From: Candidatus Atribacteria bacterium UBA6251 | Lineage (GTDB): Bacteria; Atribacterota; Phoenicimicrobiia; Phoenicimicrobiales; Phoenicimicrobiaceae | DNA: 64,000 nt | NCBI GenBank assembly: GCA_002441285.1 | Contig: DJVR01000034.1 | Span: 3,369-67,368 of the forward strand | Direction: 5' to 3' | In this document: positions 48,689 to 59,724 of the stretch, in pieces | Layout: each line of letters starts with the position of its first letter | How positions within the stretch are numbered: the first letter of the stretch is position 1 | Made by a program: the position numbers and the translations under genes | Notes under the pieces: generated by a model | The model's database searches: none | Told to the model about the DNA's origin: nothing | Seen by the model: the letters and a program-made list of their open reading frames with translations, nothing else

Positions 48689-51340
48689 TTATTTAAAATA
48701 TGCATATACCTTTTCTAAAACCTGGTTTAATCTTTCAATCTTTGTCCCACCAGCTTGTGCCATTGATTTTTTCCCTCCACCTTTTCCACCAATTAGAGGA
48801 GCAAGATAATTAATGATCTTTACAGCATCAAAACCTTTTTCCACTAAATCATTAGTAACCATTACCAGGAGAATAACTTTATTTTGATTTATTACTGTAC
48901 CCAGCAGGATTACACCTGATTCAATCTTATCTCTTATTAGATCACCCCAGTAACGTAATTCTTCATTATCTGTAGCTTCTATACGTGCGGATACTATCTT
49001 TATTCCTTGAATAACCTGGCTCCTTTTTAATATCTCATTGAGTTCATAAACAGCTAATCTATTTTTATTTACTTTTATCTCTCTTTTTAGATTATTTATT
49101 TCCTCTAAAATTTGGTTCAAACGATGATTAATATCTGCGGGTAGAACATCTAATTTCTGGGCAGCTTGAGATAAAATTTCATCTCTTTCTTGGATATATT
49201 TTAAAGCCTCCTCTCCAGTTACCGCTTCAATTCTTCGTATATTACTTCCAATCCCCTGCTCATTTAATATTTTAAATAATCCTATAGAAGAGGTCTTATC
49301 TAAGTGTGTACCACCACATAATTCTAAACTATAATCTCCAATCTTTATTACTCTGACTTTATCTCCATATTTTTCGTCAAAAAGGGCTATCGCTCCCAGT
49401 TTTTGTGCCTGTTCAAGGCTGGTGATAATCTTCTCAACCGGTAAATCTTCAAATATCTTTTCATTAACTCTTCCCTCTATCCTTTTTAATTCTTCTTTCT
49501 GTAAATAAGTAAAGTGGGTAAAATCAAATCTGAAATGTTTCTCGGTAACCAGAGAACCTGCTTGTCTAACATGTGGACCTAGAACCTCCCTTAAAGCCTG
49601 ATGTAAAAGATGAGTAGAGGTATGATTTCTAGCAATAGCCATTCTTCTTTTTTTATCTACTTGAGCAATTACCGTTTCCTTTGTCCTTATCTCACCTTCT
49701 TCTACAATGCCATAATGAATTATTAAGTTCTCCAGAGGACTCTGGGTGTCAGTAACTTTAAATTTGAAACCTTTTCTATTCAAAGAAACTATTTCCCCTT
49801 GATCGCCAATCTGTCCACCTTTCTCGGCATAAAAAGGAGTTTTATCTAATACAATTTCACATTTCTCCCCATCTGAAGCTAATTCCACCCTTTGGCCTTC
49901 TTTAATAATGGCCAAAACTTGAGCATTAGTTTTATCAGAGTCATATCCGATAAATATTGTCTCTCCTTTTTCCTTCTGGATACTTCTAAATATTTCTTTA
50001 TTTTTCTTATCGTTTTCCAAGTCTATTTTCGAGACAGACCATATTTTTCTTGATTTTTCTTTCTGCAGTTCCATCGCTTTTTCAAATTCTAATTCATTAA
50101 CTGTAAACCCATCTTCTTGAAGTAATTCCTTGGTTAATTCAATGGGAAATCCGTAAGTATCATACAGTTTGAAGGCTTCTTCCCCACTTAAAATTAATTT
50201 ATTTTCCTTCTTCAAGGAGGCTTTCATTGTCTCTAAAATCTGTATCCCAATATTCAAGGTTTCTTGAAACTTTTTTTCTTCACTTAAAATAATCTGACAG
50301 ATTTGATTTTCAGAGGTGGTTAGTTCAGGATAAACATCCTGCATCATATCAATAACCACTGGAGCTATTTCAAAAAGAAATGGGCGGTCAAAATTTAAGC
50401 TCCTTCCATAGCGGAAAGCTCTTCTTAATAACATTCGTAATACATAACCCCTACCTTCATTGGAAGGCATAATTCCATCAGCAATCATAAAGACCAATGC
50501 CCTCATATGGTCAGCAATTACCTTTAAAGCTAAATCTATTTTATGATTCTGTTGATACTTTACTCCTGCATTTTGAGCTACAAAATTGATTATAGGCAAA
50601 AAAAGGTCAGTTTCAAAATCAGTATGAGCCCCCTGCAGGACAGAAGCGATCCTCTCTAATCCTAAACCAGTGTCAATATTCTTTTTAGGTAAAGGAGTAA
50701 GTGATCCATCTTCATTACGATTATATTGCATAAAAACCAGGTTCCATAGTTCAAGGTATCTATCGCCATCTACGCCAACGCCTCCCCCCGTGTTAGAAGC
50801 TCTTTCAGTACCTAAATCAATATATATTTCAGAACAGGGTCCGCAAGGCCCGGTGGGCCCTACTTTCCAGAGATTATCTTCTTCTCCCAAACGAATAATC
50901 TTATGATCCGGAATTCCAATCAGATTGTACCAAATTTCGTATGCCTCTTCATCATCTTTATAGATAGAAACCCATAATTTTTCTTTGGGAAATCCGATAA
51001 CCTCAGTAAATAATTCCCAACTCCACTGAATTGCTTCTTTCTTAAAATAATCTCCAAAAGAAAAATTACCCAACATTTCAAAAAAAGTATGATGGCGGGC
51101 AGTTCTACCTACATTTTCAATATCATTGGTACGCACACATTTTTGACAGGTAGTTGCTCTTTTCATTGCCGATTTTACCTGCCCTAAAAAGATAGGCTTA
51201 AAGGGGACCATACCAGCAATGGTAAGTAAAATAGTAGGATCTGCTGGGATTAGGGAAGCACTGGGAACTATTTTATGTCCTTTACTTTCAAAAAACTTTA
51301 AAAAAAGCGTTCTTATTTCTTTACTACTCATATATTTCAT
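48689..51340 (-). CDS. alaS: Alanine--tRNA ligase
   Basis: RHHTFFEMLGNFSFGDYFK, IDTGLGLER, and editing motifs HTSTH and ELCGGTH. Confidence 0.98.
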   Translation of the reverse strand: MKYMSSKEIRTLFLKFFESKGHKIVPSASLIPADPTILLTIAGMVPFKPIFLGQVKSAMKRATTCQKCVRTNDIENVGRTARHHTFFEMLGNFSFGDYFKKEAIQWSWELFTEVIGFPKEKLWVSIYKDDEEAYEIWYNLIGIPDHKIIRLGEEDNLWKVGPTGPCGPCSEIYIDLGTERASNTGGGVGVDGDRYLELWNLVFMQYNRNEDGSLTPLPKKNIDTGLGLERIASVLQGAHTDFETDLFLPIINFVAQNAGVKYQQNHKIDLALKVIADHMRALVFMIADGIMPSNEGRGYVLRMLLRRAFRYGRSLNFDRPFLFEIAPVVIDMMQDVYPELTTSENQICQIILSEEKKFQETLNIGIQILETMKASLKKENKLILSGEEAFKLYDTYGFPIELTKELLQEDGFTVNELEFEKAMELQKEKSRKIWSVSKIDLENDKKNKEIFRSIQKEKGETIFIGYDSDKTNAQVLAIIKEGQRVELASDGEKCEIVLDKTPFYAEKGGQIGDQGEIVSLNRKGFKFKVTDTQSPLENLIIHYGIVEEGEIRTKETVIAQVDKKRRMAIARNHTSTHLLHQALREVLGPHVRQAGSLVTEKHFRFDFTHFTYLQKEELKRIEGRVNEKIFEDLPVEKIITSLEQAQKLGAIALFDEKYGDKVRVIKIGDYSLELCGGTHLDKTSSIGLFKILNEQGIGSNIRRIEAVTGEEALKYIQERDEILSQAAQKLDVLPADINHRLNQILEEINNLKREIKVNKNRLAVYELNEILKRSQVIQGIKIVSARIEATDNEELRYWGDLIRDKIESGVILLGTVINQNKVILLVMVTNDLVEKGFDAVKIINYLAPLIGGKGGGKKSMAQAGGTKIERLNQVLEKVYAYFK

Positions 51341-51471
51341 CGTCTATCTACTCCTTGCTCAATGAATTGGGTAACCATTTTTAAATTATTTTTTATAGTT
51401 ATATTAATAAAATACATAATTAATATATTATTAATTTTTTATGGTTATTAATAGTTATTAATAGTATAATT

Positions 51472-53187
51472 TTAACCTGCTACTCTTAGAACTTCTTCTA
51501 TAGTAGTAATCCCTTGAAGAGCTTTCTCTAAACCACTTTCCCTCAAGGTTTTCATCCCTTTTTTAATGGATTCTTCCTTGATTATGTCACTGGAAGTTTT
51601 GGATAGAATTAGTGAGCGTATCCTCTCATCTAGCTCCAGGATTTCATAGATAGAAGTTCTACCATAATAACCAGTATCTTTACATAAGGGACAACCTGCT
51701 CCTCTATATAGCTTTACCTGGTTATTCTGATCCAAATCTAATTCTTTTAATATCTCTGGAGGAGGAGGATATTCTTCTTTGCATTTTTCACAAATCACTC
51801 TCACCAATCTTTGGGCTAATACCCCAATTACTGAGGAAGAAATGAGGAAAGGTTCAATGCGCATATCTACCAACCTGGTTAATGCACTGGCTGCATCATT
51901 GGTATGTAAAGTACTTAAAACCAGGTGCCCCGTTAAGGCTGCCTGAATAGCTATCTCAGCAGTTTCTCGATCTCTTATCTCTCCAACCATAACAATATCT
52001 GGATCCTGTCTTAAAATTGATCTTAAGGCATTAGCAAAGTTTAAATTTATCTTCGGTAGAATTTGAATCTGATTAATACGGTTCAGCTTATATTCAACTG
52101 GATCTTCAATGGTAATGATATTTTTCTGTTTATAGTCCATTCTGTTTAAAGCCGCATATAAGGTTGTAGTTTTGCCACTTCCAGTAGGCCCAGTAATTAA
52201 AATAATCCCATAAGATTTGTTAATCATATTTTTAAATTGATTAAGTTGAGGAGTGGAAAAACCAAGTTGTTCTAACTCGATTAAACCTTTACTTTTATCC
52301 AGTAATCGTAATACTGTTTTTTCACCATAAATGGTGGGGATAGTAGAAACTCTAATATCCACCTCTTTACTACCAAATTGAACCTGGAAACCACCATCCT
52401 GGGGAAGCCGCCTTTCTGCAATATCCATCTTGGATAATATCTTTATTCGAGAAACAATAGCGGATTTTACTTTGAAAGGTAAATTTCTGATATCATGTAA
52501 GATTCCATCAATACGAAATCTTACCAGTATCCCTTTTTCATTAGGTTCAAGATGGATATCACTAGCCCGGTCTTTTACCCCTTGCACAATTAACATATTT
52601 ACTAATTGAATTACCGGTGCTTCTCTACTGATAGCTTCTAATTCTCGGAGGTCTTCTTCCCTCTCTTCCTCTTTAAGGATTACCTCGGTATCTAACTTAT
52701 TAAGAATATCATCATATTCTCCTAATTTATAATAACTATTAATGGTATTAATGATATCCTCTTCATCAGATAATACACATTTGACTTTATTTTTCTTAGT
52801 AATGCCTTTTACAAAATCAATGGCATGCACATCAAAGGGATTGGCCATAGCGATTACTAATTCATCTTTATCTACGCTGAGTGGAATTAATTTAAATTGT
52901 AGGGCAATTTTCTCTGGAATAACAGAAATTATTTCCGGATCTATGACCAGTTTGGTTAGATCTACATACTCAGTTTCGTAGATATGCTGCAAGACTTGAT
53001 AAAGCTCTTCCTTAGTTAAAGCTCCCATCTCAATTAAAATCTCCCCTATCTTTTTATTATTTCCTTTTTGTTGAGATTTGAGAGCTTTTTCTAATTGTTG
53101 AGTGGTAATAATTCCTTGGCCAACCAATATTTCTCCCAATTTTTTATTGGAATATTCTTTTCTTATTCTTTCCATAATCATCACCAA
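51472..53187 (-). CDS. pilB: Second PilB/GspE ATPase with N-terminal MshEN domain
   Basis: KLGEIL..QG.IT..QL..AL..Q tandem motif, GPTGSGKT, LRQDPD and tetra-Cys. Confidence 0.9.
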   Translation of the reverse strand: MVMIMERIRKEYSNKKLGEILVGQGIITTQQLEKALKSQQKGNNKKIGEILIEMGALTKEELYQVLQHIYETEYVDLTKLVIDPEIISVIPEKIALQFKLIPLSVDKDELVIAMANPFDVHAIDFVKGITKKNKVKCVLSDEEDIINTINSYYKLGEYDDILNKLDTEVILKEEEREEDLRELEAISREAPVIQLVNMLIVQGVKDRASDIHLEPNEKGILVRFRIDGILHDIRNLPFKVKSAIVSRIKILSKMDIAERRLPQDGGFQVQFGSKEVDIRVSTIPTIYGEKTVLRLLDKSKGLIELEQLGFSTPQLNQFKNMINKSYGIILITGPTGSGKTTTLYAALNRMDYKQKNIITIEDPVEYKLNRINQIQILPKINLNFANALRSILRQDPDIVMVGEIRDRETAEIAIQAALTGHLVLSTLHTNDAASALTRLVDMRIEPFLISSSVIGVLAQRLVRVICEKCKEEYPPPPEILKELDLDQNNQVKLYRGAGCPLCKDTGYYGRTSIYEILELDERIRSLILSKTSSDIIKEESIKKGMKTLRESGLEKALQGITTIEEVLRVAG

Positions 53188-53281
53188 GACAATATTAGAT
53201 TTTATTATATACCTTTTTTATCAAGCTTTTTTGTTCCAAATCAAAAATTTAAAAATCTGGGTAAATACCAAGCAGCTAACC

Positions 53282-55288
53282 TTATCTTTTTTTATTCATC
53301 TTATTTTTAAATAAGTCTCCAAATAAATCTTTTAATAATATCTTATCTTCGCTCTGTTTACGGTTATATTCCTTTAAAAATTGTCTTTCTTCTTCCTTTT
53401 CTGCCTTTCTTATACTTAAACTAATCTTTTTCTTTTTGTTATCCAGTTTAGTTACTAGAGTTAATACCTCTTCTCCCTCAGATAGAACATGAGCAGGATT
53501 ATCAATTTTCTGAGGTGAAATTTCGGATAAGGGGACTAAACCATCTACCCCTTCTTCTAGATTAATAAAAGCTCCAAAATCGGTAATTTTAAGCACTCTT
53601 CCTTCAATCAAGGTGCCCACTGGATATTTCTTTTTAACTTCTTCCCAAGGATCGGGGAGTAATCTTTTTTTGCTTAAAGTAATTTGAAGTTTTTCTTGAT
53701 CTATATTCAAAATTTTAAATTCATATTCCTTATCTTTTTTTAATCTCTCGTTGGGATGTTTAACTCTTTTCCAATCAATTTCAGAGAGAGGAATAAAGCC
53801 CTCAATATGGTCCTCTAATTGAACAAAAGCACCAAAATCTTTAATTTTAGTGACCTTCCCTTTTACCACAGCGTCCTTTTTATATCTTTTTTTAATATTA
53901 TCCCAAGGGTTGGGGAGGGTTCTCTTTCTGCTTAAAAAGACTAAATGAGATTCCTTATCGATATTAATCACCTTTAAAGAAAGAACCATATATTTTTTCA
54001 AAATATTTGAAGGTTTTTCGATATATTGCCAGTCTATTTCAGATAAATGTATTACCCCATTCACTCCTGCTTCTAGTTTTACATTAGCACCATAGGAAGT
54101 AACCTGGGTAATTTTACCTTCTACCACTGCTCCAACAGGATATTTCTTTTCAATATCTTCCCAGGGGTCGGGCAACATTTGCTTTAAACCTAAGGCTATT
54201 TTTTTCTTTTCAGGATCTATTTCTAAAATTTTTAATTTCAATAATTCTCCTTCTTTAATTATATCAGCAGGGTTTTTAACATAGGTCCAGGCCATTTCAG
54301 AAACATGTAATAAACCATTAAGACCTTCTTCAATTTCAATAAAGGCACCATAATCCTTAATGGAGATGACTCTTCCTTCGACTTCATTACCTACTGCGTA
54401 TCTTTCTAAGACATTTTCCCAGGGATCGGGAGTGATCTGTTTTATACTCAAAGCAATTTTATTCTTCTCTTTATCAAAATCTATAACCTTTACTCTAATC
54501 TGGTCGCCTAATCTCAATAATTTAGTTGGATCTTTCATTTCTCTGCGAGTAATTTCTGAGATATGTAATAATCCTTCAATACCTCCAATATCTACAAAAG
54601 CACCAAAATTAGTAATATTTTTCACGGTTCCTTCTAATATCTGCCCAACTTGTAAATTATTGAGAGTCTTTTTAAGTAAAGCTTGACGTTCTTTCTCTAC
54701 TATTTTGCGATGAGATAAAATAATTTTATCTTTATTTTTATCTAAATCTATAATTACAAAATCCAATTTTTTACCTATGTATTTATCTAAATCTTTTTCC
54801 TGAATTATATTTGCTTCAATCTGACTACGGGGTACAAATGCTTTTAAACCCAGGTTTACGATTAAACCATCGGAATTCTTATCAATGACTTCTACATTAA
54901 TCTTTTCTTTTTTTCGGTATAGATCAGTTAATTTTCCCCAGAGTTGTACATATTTTGCCCTTTCCTTAGAAAGAATAATCTGTCCGTTCTTTTCATCCAT
55001 ACTATTTATATATACATAAACTTCATCTCCCACCTCTAAGGCATGGGTAATAAGTTTATTTTCTCGGGAAAAAAGAGATTCTTCATTCTTAGGAAGGAAT
55101 CCTTCCATCTTAAAATTTAAATCCAAAAAATAGCCATCTTCATTCGCCTTTACGATCTTTCCTTTTACTATGTCTCCTCTTTTAAATTGTTTCATTTGAT
55201 CTAAAGATTCCTTAAACATTTCCTTAACTTCTTCTTGCTGGTTTATTTTTTCTTCTTTTTTTACTTCAGATTTGTTTTGGTGCTCCAT
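53282..55288 (-). CDS. rpsA: 30S ribosomal protein S1 (seven S1 repeats)
   Basis: Repeated G..V.G.V..I.DFGAF(V/I)..G..GL.H.SE modules with DPW linkers. Confidence 0.92.
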   Translation of the reverse strand: MEHQNKSEVKKEEKINQQEEVKEMFKESLDQMKQFKRGDIVKGKIVKANEDGYFLDLNFKMEGFLPKNEESLFSRENKLITHALEVGDEVYVYINSMDEKNGQIILSKERAKYVQLWGKLTDLYRKKEKINVEVIDKNSDGLIVNLGLKAFVPRSQIEANIIQEKDLDKYIGKKLDFVIIDLDKNKDKIILSHRKIVEKERQALLKKTLNNLQVGQILEGTVKNITNFGAFVDIGGIEGLLHISEITRREMKDPTKLLRLGDQIRVKVIDFDKEKNKIALSIKQITPDPWENVLERYAVGNEVEGRVISIKDYGAFIEIEEGLNGLLHVSEMAWTYVKNPADIIKEGELLKLKILEIDPEKKKIALGLKQMLPDPWEDIEKKYPVGAVVEGKITQVTSYGANVKLEAGVNGVIHLSEIDWQYIEKPSNILKKYMVLSLKVINIDKESHLVFLSRKRTLPNPWDNIKKRYKKDAVVKGKVTKIKDFGAFVQLEDHIEGFIPLSEIDWKRVKHPNERLKKDKEYEFKILNIDQEKLQITLSKKRLLPDPWEEVKKKYPVGTLIEGRVLKITDFGAFINLEEGVDGLVPLSEISPQKIDNPAHVLSEGEEVLTLVTKLDNKKKKISLSIRKAEKEEERQFLKEYNRKQSEDKILLKDLFGDLFKNKMNKKR

Positions 55289-55433
55289 AGTTTTTTACTT
55301 CCTTCCCTTTCAAGTATGGTTATATTTTATTATTATATCATATTATAATTTATATTTAATACCATATTCTTAAAAATATATTCTATAATTCATTTCTTTC
55401 TTCAAAGTAAGCTCACAAATTTTATTTAATTTA

Positions 55434-56015
55434 TCAATGTTGCTTTAAGCAGTCTATAATTCTTTTTTCAGTAATTATTTTATGTACTGGAATATCATTT
55501 TCTAAAGCAGGTATATGGTCTACTATCTGTATTTCAAAGGATAAAGCAATAAGGTGGGTGGAAGGATTTATTTTTTTTAAAAAATTATCATAATATCCTT
55601 TACCTCTCCCAATCCGATTACCTCTCATATCAAAAGCAACTCCTGGTAAAATAATAAGTTCTAATTCTTCTGGAGGAGATAAACGAAGATATTCCTGTTT
55701 GGGTTCCCTTATGCCCATACTTCCTCTAGTTAATTCCTGATCATAATTAAGAATTCGGGAAGGTAATAAGTTTACAGAATCTTTAGCAATAATAGGGACA
55801 AAAACCTTTTTCTTCTCTTTTATTGAGGCTTTGATTATCTCTTCGGTTTGAACTTCACTTTTTGTGGATACATAAAACATAATTTTAGAAGATTTAATAT
55901 ACTCGGAAGAATGAAATAAATGATTAAATATTTGTTGGCTCTTTTCTTTTATTTCATTAGGAGTAAGACTTAATCTTTTTTGTAAAATGGTGGTGCGTAT
56001 CTCTTCTTTATTCAT
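55434..56015 (-). CDS. 5-formyltetrahydrofolate cyclo-ligase
   Basis: PGVAFD..GNRIGRGKGYYD motif; directly downstream of 6S RNA. Confidence 0.94.
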   Translation of the reverse strand: MNKEEIRTTILQKRLSLTPNEIKEKSQQIFNHLFHSSEYIKSSKIMFYVSTKSEVQTEEIIKASIKEKKKVFVPIIAKDSVNLLPSRILNYDQELTRGSMGIREPKQEYLRLSPPEELELIILPGVAFDMRGNRIGRGKGYYDNFLKKINPSTHLIALSFEIQIVDHIPALENDIPVHKIITEKRIIDCLKQH

Positions 56016-56150
56016 AATTAAATTTTTTTATATTTATTAGTTGGTGGGTATTTTCCTTTAAATTCTAATCAAAATAATATTTAATGTTTATATAATATAG
56101 CATATATATCGTTTTTGTCAAAATTATCCTGCTTAAAATGAAAAAATAAA

Positions 56151-56378
56151 ACCCCGCTATGCCGTGTGCTTTAGGTTTTGATACCTGTCCTCAAACAGGT
56201 GGGTATCTACCTAAATGCTTGATGTTTCCGTGTTAACTTAAGCAGTTAACATTTGGTATTTACCAACCTCGCCAGAGGGGTAATGCACCTTAGGCCTACA
56301 TTCCACATTTAGAGATCGATTCCCTATTTAAAATTTGTTGGCTCAAAACTTCATTAGACATCACGAACATAGCAGGGT
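56151..56378 (-). ncRNA. ssrS: 6S RNA
   Basis: Closing stem CCCTGCTATGTTCGTG/CACGGCATAGCGGGG, TTTTGAGCC/GGTATCAAAA pairing, central bulge and CCCACCTG; lies between aspS and the cyclo-ligase gene. Confidence 0.88.
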
Positions 56379-56400
56379 AGCTTTATTTTGATCTGCTCTA

Positions 56401-56429
56401 ATATTAGCATATTTTTATTCTTTTTTCAA
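56401..56429 (-). promoter_or_regulatory. Sigma70-type promoter of 6S RNA
   Basis: TTGAAA-17 nt-TAATAT with extended TGn. Confidence 0.6.
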
Positions 56430-56493
56430 TAATCCTGGCTATTACACTTGCTCATGAAAAGTAAAAATCATATTATTTAAAAATTATGATAAT

Positions 56494-58326
56494 TTACAAT
56501 TCCATCTTAATATGTAATTCTTTTAATTGTTCAGGTTCAACCTCAGAAGGTGCATCAGTTAAAAGGCAGGTAGCTTTTTGAGTTTTGGGAAAAGCAATTA
56601 CTTCCCTTATAGAGTTTGACCCACTCAGTAGCATAGCTAATCTATCTAGACCAAAAGCTATACCTCCATGGGGAGGAGCACCATACTGAAGAGCCTGTAA
56701 TAAAAATCCAAATTTTTGTTTTGCTCTCTGAGCATCTATGCCTAATAGATTAAAAACCTTAGCTTGAATTTCTGATTGGTGAATTCTAATACTACCTCCC
56801 CCTACTTCGTTACCATTCCACACCAGGTCATAAGCCTTAGAACGAACTTTCCAGGGATAACTTTCTAAAAAATTTAGATCTTCATCTAAGGGCGCGGTAA
56901 AAGGATGATGCACTGATTCATATCTTTTTTCTTCAGAATTAAACACCAAAAGAGGAAAATTGACTACCCAGAGAAAGCAATTCTTTGATTCATTTTTTTT
57001 AATTAATTCAAAATCATTAGCTAATTTAATTCTTAAATTACCCAATGCAGGGTAAAATATTTCGCTTGGTTCAGCCAGTAGTAAAAGATTATCACCGCTT
57101 TGTGCTTTGGTTTTATCCTTTATCCTTTCTAATTCTTCTATCGACAAAAACTTAGCTAATGATGATTGAATCTCCTGTTCATCTTTAAATTTAATGAAGT
57201 AGATTCTTTTTGCGCCATAATTATTTATCCATAAATTCAAGTTATCCTGCATTTTACGGGAAAAGGTTCTGTTTTCTTCTAATTTAATTGCTCCAATTTT
57301 TCCTTTATTTTTTGATATTTCTTGAAAAACAGGGAAAGAACTGTTAGATAATATTTCAGTTAAATCAAAGATTTCCATACCATATCTTAAATCTGGTTTA
57401 TCTGAACCATATTTAGAGATAGCTTCTTGATAATCCATTTTTAAAAAAGGAGTATCAATTCTAATTTCAAATAATTTATCAAATAAATATGCCATCATCT
57501 GTTCAACCAGATTAAATATATCTTCTCGATCGATAAAGGACATTTCAATATCTAATTGAGTAAATTCTGGTGCACGATCAGCCCTTAAATCTTCGTCCCT
57601 AAAACACCTTACTATCTGAAAATACTTCTCAAAACCAGAAATCATTAGTAATTGTTTAAATAATTGTGGTGACTGTGGAAGAGCATAAAATTTACCAGGG
57701 TTTACCCGACTGGGAACAATATAATCTCGTGCTCCTTCGGGAGTACTTTTAGTTAAAAAGGGAGTTTCTATTTCCAGAAATCCTTTACTATCCCAGAATT
57801 TTCTTATTTCCAGACAAAGCTGATGACGTAAGCGAATATTTCTTTGCATCCTCGGCCTTCTTAAATCCAGATATCGATATTTAAAACGTAAATTATCGCT
57901 AATAGTAATTTTATCATCAATCTGAAAAGGTAAAATTGAAGAAGGATTTAATATTTTTAATTCTTCTACTTTTACTTCTATCGCTCCGGTGGATAAATTG
58001 GGATTTTCAGTACCTTTTAAGCGTGATTTTACTATACCTTTTACTGCGATAACATATTCATCTTTAATTTGACGGGCTTTTTGATATGCCTCTAAAGCTT
58101 CTGAAGGATTAAAAACTAGCTGAATAATACCTTCTCTATCACGTAAATTTATAAAAATTAATCCCCCATGATCTCTAACGCTCTGTACCCATCCCATAAG
58201 GATTATCTCTTTACCAATATCATTTTTGTTTAGCTCTCCACAAGAATGAGTTTTTCTCCACTTACCTAAAGTTCCAATACTTTGTTCTGAATTCTTCATC
58301 ATTTTTTTTACTCCTTGTCTGATCAC
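56494..58326 (-). CDS. aspS: Aspartate--tRNA ligase
   Basis: [32 protein letters not shown] and [11 protein letters not shown] motifs. Confidence 0.97.
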   Translation of the reverse strand: MIRQGVKKMMKNSEQSIGTLGKWRKTHSCGELNKNDIGKEIILMGWVQSVRDHGGLIFINLRDREGIIQLVFNPSEALEAYQKARQIKDEYVIAVKGIVKSRLKGTENPNLSTGAIEVKVEELKILNPSSILPFQIDDKITISDNLRFKYRYLDLRRPRMQRNIRLRHQLCLEIRKFWDSKGFLEIETPFLTKSTPEGARDYIVPSRVNPGKFYALPQSPQLFKQLLMISGFEKYFQIVRCFRDEDLRADRAPEFTQLDIEMSFIDREDIFNLVEQMMAYLFDKLFEIRIDTPFLKMDYQEAISKYGSDKPDLRYGMEIFDLTEILSNSSFPVFQEISKNKGKIGAIKLEENRTFSRKMQDNLNLWINNYGAKRIYFIKFKDEQEIQSSLAKFLSIEELERIKDKTKAQSGDNLLLLAEPSEIFYPALGNLRIKLANDFELIKKNESKNCFLWVVNFPLLVFNSEEKRYESVHHPFTAPLDEDLNFLESYPWKVRSKAYDLVWNGNEVGGGSIRIHQSEIQAKVFNLLGIDAQRAKQKFGFLLQALQYGAPPHGGIAFGLDRLAMLLSGSNSIREVIAFPKTQKATCLLTDAPSEVEPEQLKELHIKMEL

Positions 58327-58371
58327 TTTAGTTATGTAATATAAATATTTTTCTTTAATGTAAATTATTAA

Positions 58372-59667
58372 TTAAGGGTAAATTTTATTTAGCATTCTAG
58401 GAAAAGGAATTGTTTCGCGGACATGATTTAAACCACAAATCCAGGCCACAGTTCTTTCGATCCCCAGACCAAAGCCGGAATGGGGTACAGAACCATATTT
58501 TCTTAAATCTAAATACCACTCATAATCTTTGCGTGGAAGATTATGTTCTTCTATTTTTTGTAGTAATAAGTTATAATCATCAATTCTTTGCCCCCCACCG
58601 ATGATTTCTCCATATCCTTCTGGAGCTATTAAATCAGCACATAATACTACTTCTGGTCGCTGTGGATCTGGTTTCATATAGAAAGCTTTACATTTTGTGG
58701 GATAATGATGAATAAACACTGGCTTATCAAAACTTTGAGAAATAACAGTTTCTTCATCTCCTCCAAAATCATCTCCCCATTCAATCTGCATTCCTTTTTC
58801 TTTTAACATATTTATAGCCTGATCATAGGCTAAACGAGGAAAGGGAATTTGTATTTTTTCCAATTTGGAGATATCTCTCTCTAATACAATTAATTCTGCC
58901 CGTTTATTTTTTAGCACTTGCTTTACAATATAAGTGATTAATCGTTCTTGTATCTGATTATTTTCCTCTAGTTCAACAAAAGCTGCCTCAGGTTCTACCA
59001 TCCAGAATTCCATTAAATGTCGACGTGTTTTTGATTTTTCTGCTCTAAAAGTAGGACCAAAACAGTATACTTTCCCAAAAGCCATTGCGGAAGCTTCATT
59101 GTATAATTGACCACTTTGAGTCAAATATGCTTTATCTTCAAAATAATTGGTCTCAAATAAAGTAGTGGTTCCTTCACAGGCAGCAGGAGTTAGAATTGGT
59201 GCATCTACCAAGATAAAACCTTCTTGATCTAAAAAATTACGAATAGCTTTAATTATCTCTGCCCGAATGCGTAAAACAGCATTCTGTCTAGTTGATCTTA
59301 ACCAAAGATGTCGAAAATCCATTAGAAATCCAACCCCATGTTCTTTTAAAGAAATGGGGTAATCTTTCTGGGCATTATGGATTACTTGTAAATCTTTTAA
59401 AAGTATTTCATAACCTAGGGGTGCTCTTTTTTCTTTTTTTACCCGTCCTGCTATTCTTATAGCAGATTCATATTCTATCTCTCCTATCTTTTCAAATAGT
59501 TCTTTTTCTACCTCACTTTTAATGATAGTAACCTGAATATAGCCAGAACCATCTCGGATAATTAAAAATTTTATACTGCCACTGGACCTTTTATTGTAAA
59601 GCCAACCTTTTATTTCTACCTCTTGATCTGCATAATTACTAATTTCCGATATACGGATGGTTTGCAT
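58372..59667 (-). CDS. asnS: Asparagine--tRNA ligase
   Basis: [35 protein letters not shown] and EIIGGGQR motifs. Confidence 0.95.
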   Translation of the reverse strand: MQTIRISEISNYADQEVEIKGWLYNKRSSGSIKFLIIRDGSGYIQVTIIKSEVEKELFEKIGEIEYESAIRIAGRVKKEKRAPLGYEILLKDLQVIHNAQKDYPISLKEHGVGFLMDFRHLWLRSTRQNAVLRIRAEIIKAIRNFLDQEGFILVDAPILTPAACEGTTTLFETNYFEDKAYLTQSGQLYNEASAMAFGKVYCFGPTFRAEKSKTRRHLMEFWMVEPEAAFVELEENNQIQERLITYIVKQVLKNKRAELIVLERDISKLEKIQIPFPRLAYDQAINMLKEKGMQIEWGDDFGGDEETVISQSFDKPVFIHHYPTKCKAFYMKPDPQRPEVVLCADLIAPEGYGEIIGGGQRIDDYNLLLQKIEEHNLPRKDYEWYLDLRKYGSVPHSGFGLGIERTVAWICGLNHVRETIPFPRMLNKIYP

Positions 59668-59724
59668 TAATTACCACTCCTTTTGTTACTTTATTTATTC
59701 AAAAATTTCTATGGATTGAAAATT

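Noticed and set aside
51341..51471. T-box upstream of alaS
   Set aside because: No GGTGGNACC sequence or terminator in the short AT-rich spacer.
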